Part shown: positions 37,339-43,246 of the stretch, piece by piece | Layout: every line of letters begins with the position of its first letter | Position numbering within the stretch: position 1 is the first letter of the stretch | NCBI GenBank assembly: GCA_040901675.1 | Contig: JBBDYJ010000015.1 | Location: 121,496 to 164,741 of the forward strand | Source: Pirellulales bacterium | GTDB taxonomy: Bacteria > Planctomycetota > Planctomycetia > Pirellulales > JAICIG01 | Length of the DNA stretch: 43,246 nt | Direction: 5' to 3' | Position numbers and translations under genes: made by a program | Notes under the pieces: model-generated | The model's input: the letters and a program-made list of their open reading frames with translations, nothing else | What the model was told of the DNA's origin: nothing | Database searches by the model: none

Positions 37339-39939
37339 ATGACACGATGTTCTCTTACCGTCCGCGGCTTTGTCGGTGTTTGTTTGGCGGCGGTGCTTGC
37401 CGGTGTCGCCGGCCAGGCCCCGGCGGCGGAACTGGCACGGCTGGCCTCCGACACCTGGGACCAATACACGCCGCGCGGCAAGGAGGTCGATGCGATCGAG
37501 GGAGACTGGGCGCTGACCAACGGCCGCCTGGTGGCGGTGATCGCCCAGCCAATTGCCGGGCGGAACGCGAACATGACGGTCCGCAACGTGGGCGGTTGCG
37601 TGATCGACGTCACCCGCAGCGATCGTCAGAGCGATCAGCTCAGCGCGTACTATCCCGGCGGCCCGCAAATGGAGTGGCGGTCGATCGAGGCCCAGGTGAC
37701 CGACAAGGCCGAAGGCGGCGGCCCCGTCGAGCGCGGCCGGTCGATTCGGGTCGTCTGCAAGGATGCAGGAAGTCCCCAGCGGCCCAGCGCCGAGGTGGCT
37801 TATACGCTCGAAGACGGCTGGGACTACCTGCTGGTCGATATCACCTATACCAACCAGACCGACCAGCCGCTGGAGTTCGAGCCGGCCGACCAGATGCGGG
37901 CCGACATTAGCTTCGAGAAGGTCGCCGATGGCCAGCCGCCCTTGTTCTGGGTATACGACCGCTGGTTCGGCCAGGCATACGGACTGGTCGCCGAGGGCCG
38001 CACGATCGAGAGCAAGTCGGACAACCGCACGTCGACGATCAAGTACCTCGCTGAAGGCAAGGCCGGCGTTCGCCTGGAGCCTGGCCAGAGTGTTCATTTG
38101 CAGCGGCGGCTATTGGCCGGTGCGAACCTGTTGGACGTGAAAGCAATAGCCAACGATTTGGCCGGCGTCGAACAGGTGGCGTACGACTTGCAGGTGCGTG
38201 ACACGGCCGGCAATCCACTGGTGGATGCCGAGGTGGTGGTACAACAAGGCGAAGAGGCCTATGGCAGCGGCCGGACCGACGGTTCGGCCCGGCTGGCGTG
38301 CAGGTTGCCGGCCGGCCGGTTTGCGGCGGCCGTGTCGGCCATCGGCTGCCCCACCCGCACCGTCGACTTGAGCGGCGGTGAGCAGTCGATCGAGCTGGAC
38401 GAGCCGGGGTACGTCGTGGCCGCCGTCCGCAACGAGCAGGGAGGCCCGATCCCGTGCAAAGTGGCATTCCGCGGCCGCGAGGGGACCGAAGACCCGTACT
38501 TTGGGCACCAGAGCGGAGAGTGGGGCGTCCATAACCTGCGCTACAGCGAAAACGGCAGCTTCCGCCAGCCGCTGGCGCCGGGCAAATACGACGTGATTGT
38601 CAGCCACGGCACGGAACACGACGCCGTTTTTGCCCAGATCGCCGTCAGCCGCGGCCAGGAAACCGCGCTCGAGGCGGTGCTGGTCCGCAGCGTTCAGACG
38701 CCGGGTTGGATCAGCGCCGACTTCCACAGCCACTCCAGTCCCTCGGGCGACAACACGTCGAGCCAGCTTGGCCGCGTGTTGAACCTGCTGTGCGAGCAGG
38801 TGGAGTTTGCCCCCTGCACCGAGCACAACCGGCTCGACACGTACCAGCCGCACCTGGCGCGGCTCAACGCCACTCACCTGGTGGCAACCTGCGTGGGCAT
38901 GGAGCTGACCGGCAGCCCCGGCGACGTCAACCATCAGAACGCCTTCCCGCTGGTGCTCAAGCCGCGGCTGCAAGACGGCGGCGCACCGCAAACCGACGCC
39001 GATCCGGAAGTGCAGATCGAGCGGCTCGCCTTGTGGGACGGCGGCAGCGAAAAGCTGCTGCAGCAGAACCACCCGGACCTGGGCCACGTGTTCTTCGACA
39101 AGGACGGCGACGGCCAGCCCGACGGCGGGTTCAGCAAGTCGTTTCAATACATGGACGTGATCGAAGTTCATCCGCCTCAATGGATTTTCCAGGGGCCGAC
39201 CATCACGTTCGGCACGCAGGAGCGCAACAACACCATCTTCAACTGGCTGCAGTTGCTCAACCAGGGGCATCGCATTCCGGGCGTTGTCAATACCGACGCG
39301 CACTACAACTTCCATGGATCGGGCTTCCTCCGCGTGTATCTCAAGAGTCCCACGGACGACCCGGCCGAGATCGATACCATGCAGATGGTGCACGCCGCCG
39401 AGCACGGCCAGGTGATCATGACCAGCGGGCCGTACATGGAAGTGCTGCTCACCGCCGACGAGGTCGACCCGGCCGCCGGCGGGCAGCAGGGCCACGCCGG
39501 AGAACAAGACGATACGCAGGCGGCCACAAGCGGCACGGCCGGAGACGACGTTCAGGCACCTTCGGGCAAGGCCACGCTGCGAGTGCGCGTGCAGTGTCCC
39601 AACTGGTTCGACATCGACCGCGTGCAGGTGTTCTTGAACGGCCGCCCGGACGAGAAGCTCAACTTTACCCGCAGCGAGACCCCCGAGCGGTTCACAGGCG
39701 GTACAATCAAGTTCGACCAGGAGATTCCGCTTACGTTCGAGTCCGACACGCACGTGATCGTGGCGGCCGCCGGCGAGAAATCGACGCTGGGGCCGGTGAT
39801 GGGTCCCGACTATGGCAAGCACATGCCGATCGCGGTGTCGAACCCGATCTACGTCGACGTCGATGGCGGCGGATTCAAGCCCAACGGCGATACGCTGGGC
39901 GCGCCGCTGCCCGTGATGTCGGGGAGGGCAAGAAAATGA
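37339..39939 (+). CDS. Secreted CehA/McbA-family (PHP-like) metallohydrolase
   Basis: Signal peptide; GWISADFHSHS; CTEHN; G.E; NHP; NTDAH; A.SNPIYVD. Confidence 0.85.
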   Translation: MTRCSLTVRGFVGVCLAAVLAGVAGQAPAAELARLASDTWDQYTPRGKEVDAIEGDWALTNGRLVAVIAQPIAGRNANMTVRNVGGCVIDVTRSDRQSDQLSAYYPGGPQMEWRSIEAQVTDKAEGGGPVERGRSIRVVCKDAGSPQRPSAEVAYTLEDGWDYLLVDITYTNQTDQPLEFEPADQMRADISFEKVADGQPPLFWVYDRWFGQAYGLVAEGRTIESKSDNRTSTIKYLAEGKAGVRLEPGQSVHLQRRLLAGANLLDVKAIANDLAGVEQVAYDLQVRDTAGNPLVDAEVVVQQGEEAYGSGRTDGSARLACRLPAGRFAAAVSAIGCPTRTVDLSGGEQSIELDEPGYVVAAVRNEQGGPIPCKVAFRGREGTEDPYFGHQSGEWGVHNLRYSENGSFRQPLAPGKYDVIVSHGTEHDAVFAQIAVSRGQETALEAVLVRSVQTPGWISADFHSHSSPSGDNTSSQLGRVLNLLCEQVEFAPCTEHNRLDTYQPHLARLNATHLVATCVGMELTGSPGDVNHQNAFPLVLKPRLQDGGAPQTDADPEVQIERLALWDGGSEKLLQQNHPDLGHVFFDKDGDGQPDGGFSKSFQYMDVIEVHPPQWIFQGPTITFGTQERNNTIFNWLQLLNQGHRIPGVVNTDAHYNFHGSGFLRVYLKSPTDDPAEIDTMQMVHAAEHGQVIMTSGPYMEVLLTADEVDPAAGGQQGHAGEQDDTQAATSGTAGDDVQAPSGKATLRVRVQCPNWFDIDRVQVFLNGRPDEKLNFTRSETPERFTGGTIKFDQEIPLTFESDTHVIVAAAGEKSTLGPVMGPDYGKHMPIAVSNPIYVDVDGGGFKPNGDTLGAPLPVMSGRARK

Positions 39940-40895
39940 CGGAGAACAAAGGCGGTCTTGGATCTTGGGACTTTGGACTTGGGGAGAGGCCCAAGCCCAA
40001 AGAACAAAGCCTGCCCAAAGAACAAAGCCCTCGGACCCAAGGCCTGTCGCGTCTTGCGCGCCTTCGTGGTGAGTACCTTCACTGGCTGTGCGTAGCTGCG
40101 CTCGTCTTGTTCCTGTTTCCCGCTCATCCGGGTTGGGCAGGCGATCCCGCGGCGAAGCGGCTGTTGCTGTTGGGGCAAGGGCCGGACGGTCATCCGCCCG
40201 CTACGCACGAATACCTGGCCGGGTTGCGGGTGCTGGAGAAGTGCCTCGGCCCCGTGCCCGGTCTCGAGGTGTCGATCCACCGGGCCGACGATCCGTTCAG
40301 CGAGGGGCCGGAACTGCTGGCCAAGGCCGACGGCGTCGTGCTGTTCCTTTCGGAAGGGGCCAAGTGGACCCAGGCCGACCCACGCCGGCGCGACGCGCTG
40401 GCCGGCTTGGCAGCGCGGGGCGGCGGCCTGGTCGCCTTGCACTGGGCGATGGGCACGCGCGAGGCCGAACCGATTGCGGGCTTCGTCAAGCTGCTGGGCG
40501 GCTGCCACGGCGGGCCGGACCGCCGCTTCGCCGTGATCGAGGAACGCCTGGAGTTTGCCGAGCACCCGGCGACGGTCGGCCTCGAACCGCTGGTCGTCCA
40601 CGACGAGTTCTACTATCAACTCAAGCTGGCGCAGCCGGCCGGCAGTGTCACGCCGCTGGCAACCCTGCCGATCGAAGGCCGGCAGGAAACCGTTGCTTGG
40701 GCCTGGCAGCGCGAGGACGGCGGCCGTTCGTTCGGGTTCAGCGGCCTGCACTTTCACGACAACTGGCGGATGGCCGCCTATCGCCGCCTGGTTTGCCAGG
40801 GAGTGCTCTGGACGCTCGACTTGCCGATTCCCGAAGGTGGCCTGGCGGTCGAAATCGACGAGTCGGATCTGCGGCTCGAGCCGGCCGGCCAGTAG
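39936..40895 (+). CDS. ThuA-like domain protein (start may lie further downstream)
   Basis: GPDGHPPATHEY; GGGLVALH; HDEFYY; AWAWQREDGGRSFGFSGLH; ATGA overlap with upstream stop. Confidence 0.82.
   Translation: MTENKGGLGSWDFGLGERPKPKEQSLPKEQSPRTQGLSRLARLRGEYLHWLCVAALVLFLFPAHPGWAGDPAAKRLLLLGQGPDGHPPATHEYLAGLRVLEKCLGPVPGLEVSIHRADDPFSEGPELLAKADGVVLFLSEGAKWTQADPRRRDALAGLAARGGGLVALHWAMGTREAEPIAGFVKLLGGCHGGPDRRFAVIEERLEFAEHPATVGLEPLVVHDEFYYQLKLAQPAGSVTPLATLPIEGRQETVAWAWQREDGGRSFGFSGLHFHDNWRMAAYRRLVCQGVLWTLDLPIPEGGLAVEIDESDLRLEPAGQ
39954..40045. repeat. Inverted pair of short (~7-nt) repeat tracts within the ThuA 5' region
   Basis: GGTCTTGGATCTTGGGACTTTGGACTTGGG followed by CCCAAGCCCAAAGAACAAAGCC..CCCAAAGAACAAAGCC..CCCAAGGCC. 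Confidence 0.55.
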
Positions 40896-40927
40896 ACCAC
40901 GCTCACCAACTACAAGGAGATTGTGCC

Positions 40928-42253
40928 ATGTCCGAAAGCAGCCGCCGGTCGTTCCTGAAGCAGACTGGACTGGTCGCCGGAGCGGCGGCGCTCGATTGGG
41001 CCGGCTCGGCCGGCGCCGCCGAGGACGGTGAGAAAACCGTCATGGGGGCCATCGGTTGCGGCGGCCAGGGCACCGCGCTGGTTCGCTCGTTTGCCGCCCA
41101 GGAGGACGTCGAGCTGGCATTCGTCTGCGACCCGGACCAGGCGCGGGCCGAGTCGGCCGCCAAAGAGGCGGCTTCGATCGCCGGCAAGCCGCCGCAGGTG
41201 GTGGGCGACTTGCGGCGCGTGCTGGACGACCCGCGCGTGCAGGCGGTCACGGTGGCGACGCCTGACCACTGGCACGGGCCGGCCACGCTGCTGGCATTGG
41301 CCGCCGGCAAGCACGTCTACGTGGAAAAGCCCTGCGCGCACAATATCCGCGAAGGCCGCCTGATGGTCGAGGCGGCCCGCCGCCACGACCGGGTGGTGCA
41401 GGTCGGCACGCAAAGCCGCAGCGCGCCGCACGTGCTGCGGGCCATGCAGTTGCTGGCCGAGGGGGCCATCGGCCAGGTGCTGGTGGCCAAGGCCTGGAAC
41501 AGCCAGCGGCGCGGCAACATCGGCCACGCTTCGCCGAGCGATCCTCCCGCCGGCTTCGACTACGACATGTGGCTGGGCCCGGCGCCGGCCGTGCCGTTTC
41601 AGACCAATCGCCACCACTACCACTGGCACTGGTGGTACGACTTTGGCACCGGCGATTTCGGCAACGACGGCGTGCACGACATCGACATCGCCCGCTGGGG
41701 CCTGGGCGTCGCGGAGCATCCTTCGCGGATCGCGGCCCTGGGCGGCAAGTATCACTTCGAAGACGATCAGCAGTTCCCCGACACGCAGTACGTGGTTTTC
41801 GAGTATCCGGGCGACGGCCAGGTGGGGCACAAGCGGCAGTTGATCTTCGAGCAGCGCATCTGGTCGCCGTACCGCCAGGAAGGGTACGAGAACGGCAACG
41901 CGTTTTACGGCACCGACGGCATGTTGCTGTTGGGCAAGAACGACGGCTGGCAGCTCTTTGGCCCGCGCAACAAGCCCGGCGAGACGATGCCGGCCCAGGG
42001 CATCGGGCCGCCGCACCACCGCAACTTTTTGGAGTGCATCAAGAGCGGCTCTCGCCCCAGCGCCGACATCGAGATCGGCCATCTGTCGGCCGCGCTCTGT
42101 CACCTGGGCAACATCGCCACCCGCGTCGGCCGCGTGCTGGCGTTCGACCCGCCCGCGGAGCAGATCGTGAATGACGATGAGGCCAATCGCCTTATCGTCC
42201 GCGCCTACCGCGACGGCCACTGGGCCGTGCCCGACCTCTCCTCGACCGCGTAA
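40928..42253 (+). CDS. Tat-exported Gfo/Idh/MocA family oxidoreductase
   Basis: SRRSFLK Tat motif; IGCGGQG; ATPDHWH; KHVYVEKP; QVGTQ.RS; DMWLGPAP; AAGGAG RBS. Confidence 0.93.
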   Translation: MSESSRRSFLKQTGLVAGAAALDWAGSAGAAEDGEKTVMGAIGCGGQGTALVRSFAAQEDVELAFVCDPDQARAESAAKEAASIAGKPPQVVGDLRRVLDDPRVQAVTVATPDHWHGPATLLALAAGKHVYVEKPCAHNIREGRLMVEAARRHDRVVQVGTQSRSAPHVLRAMQLLAEGAIGQVLVAKAWNSQRRGNIGHASPSDPPAGFDYDMWLGPAPAVPFQTNRHHYHWHWWYDFGTGDFGNDGVHDIDIARWGLGVAEHPSRIAALGGKYHFEDDQQFPDTQYVVFEYPGDGQVGHKRQLIFEQRIWSPYRQEGYENGNAFYGTDGMLLLGKNDGWQLFGPRNKPGETMPAQGIGPPHHRNFLECIKSGSRPSADIEIGHLSAALCHLGNIATRVGRVLAFDPPAEQIVNDDEANRLIVRAYRDGHWAVPDLSSTA

Positions 42254-42333
42254 TTGGAAAAACGCCACGGACGACGCTACGCTACGAATGCTCTCGCAAA
42301 GGCGCGACCGAAAAATAACTTCGACAGAGTCTG

Positions 42334-42698
42334 AGCGTGCCCCACTTGCGATGTGAGGAAGGGCATGCGCGACCAGCCCCGGACGGGGCGAAAGTCAATA
42401 GCCGGGGTGCGTCAGCCCCCGGTCACGCGGCACCGACGCGGTCGTAAGCCCCAAGGGGGCGACAGTCATCGTGATGCGAAGTTACGTTTCGAAGCCACGG
42501 AGGCACGGAGAACACGCAGACGCCACAGGGTGAGGAGGCAAGGATTCATATCAATCCATCTGTCAGGCATGCTTGATTCGTAGCTGCGGAATCTGTGCAA
42601 TCCATGATGCCCTTCTTCGTCGGTCGTCTTCCGTGTGCTGTATGGTTGCACTCTTCGTAATTCTCGCGGACCGTAGCGACTCCGTGTCCTCCGTGCCT
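42334..42698. repeat. Intergenic mosaic of palindromic/REP-like repeats
   Basis: 42334-42361 is 27/28 identical to 27951-27978; AGCCCC..GGGGCGA.AGTCA units at 42375-42397 and 42447-42468; 26-bp imperfect inverted pair at 42501-42526 / 42673-42698. Confidence 0.75.
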
Positions 42699-42764
42699 GC
42701 TATGTAGCTGCGGTCAAGTGGTTCAATCTCTGGATCAACTGGCCTGTGATGCCCTGAAGCGGGT

Positions 42765-43244
42765 TTAGGCTTCGCGCTCCAATGCTCTCTGTTCCACGAT
42801 TTCCTTGACCTTCTCCAGGAGAAGCAACAGGTGTTTGTTGTTCTCGGCACGCTTCGCCCTCATTTCAACGAGCTGAATTGCTTCCTGATCGCCACCAATA
42901 TACTCATATGCGAGAATCACCAGCCACGCATAAAGCTCCATCGCCTTATCGCTCGGCGGCGGGTCTCGCTCCAAAGCACCGAAGATCGGGAGGAGGGCCC
43001 GTGTTCCACGGCTGTGGAGCACGACCGCACAGGGATAGTCCAATATTGGCCCCTTGGCCATGCGGTCACCAGGATCGCGGTTGGGAAGCTTGTACTCCCA
43101 GTCCACATGCTTGATGAACGCTCTCACCGCCTCTCCGTAATGCATTCGTCCAAGAAAGTGAACCGCCATGAAGCGCGAATCAGTCCGGTGCGGGCCTGTA
43201 ATTATTTTTGTGTCAGGCAAGCAGGGAACGTCATTTGCTGCCTT
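42765..43244 (-). CDS. Hypothetical protein, 5' partial (frame open to the window edge)
   Basis: Stop-free frame of ~160 codons with helical protein-like composition; lower GC. Confidence 0.65.
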   Translation of the reverse strand, partial: KAANDVPCLPDTKIITGPHRTDSRFMAVHFLGRMHYGEAVRAFIKHVDWEYKLPNRDPGDRMAKGPILDYPCAVVLHSRGTRALLPIFGALERDPPPSDKAMELYAWLVILAYEYIGGDQEAIQLVEMRAKRAENNKHLLLLLEKVKEIVEQRALEREA

Positions 43245-43246
43245 GC

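Noticed and set aside
38706..39935. N-terminal extension of the ThuA ORF (likewise 40088-40927 for the Gfo ORF and 26633-27481 for EthD)
   Set aside because: Overlaps real genes in another frame or strand; Arg/Pro/Ala-rich shadow composition; better starts lie downstream

Overview
High-GC bacterial DNA, very probably from Planctomycetota (inferred from DUF1501, a DUF4058 remnant, a CehA/McbA-type hydrolase, NPYxSP and RFSLRxxL motifs, and planctomycete-style palindromic repeats). About 35 genes; no rRNA, tRNA, CRISPR array or intact transposase seen. The left part carries a compact minus-strand lipid operon (FabF, ACP, two CrtI-like FAD oxidoreductases, FabZ, FabI) converging on a lone oleA, with a small accessory insert between them. 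The rest is secreted hydrolases and oxidoreductases, low-complexity secreted proteins, a DUF4160/DUF2442 pair and several gene remnants. Two main leads. (1) The two WD40 ORFs at 20372-23221 are one reading frame broken by a single TGA in a Cys-TGA context, followed by a SECIS-like hairpin: a candidate ~949-aa secreted selenoprotein. (2) The Fab/CrtI-like/OleA locus may be an uncharacterised route to modified (possibly polyunsaturated) acyl chains and olefins. Secondary leads: a C26 glutamine amidotransferase lacking its catalytic Cys behind a leader with GGA-loop hairpins, a nuclease-fragment/carbonic-anhydrase chimera, and a tandem trio of divergent membrane-protein paralogs. All family calls are by-eye motif recognition; no searches were run.
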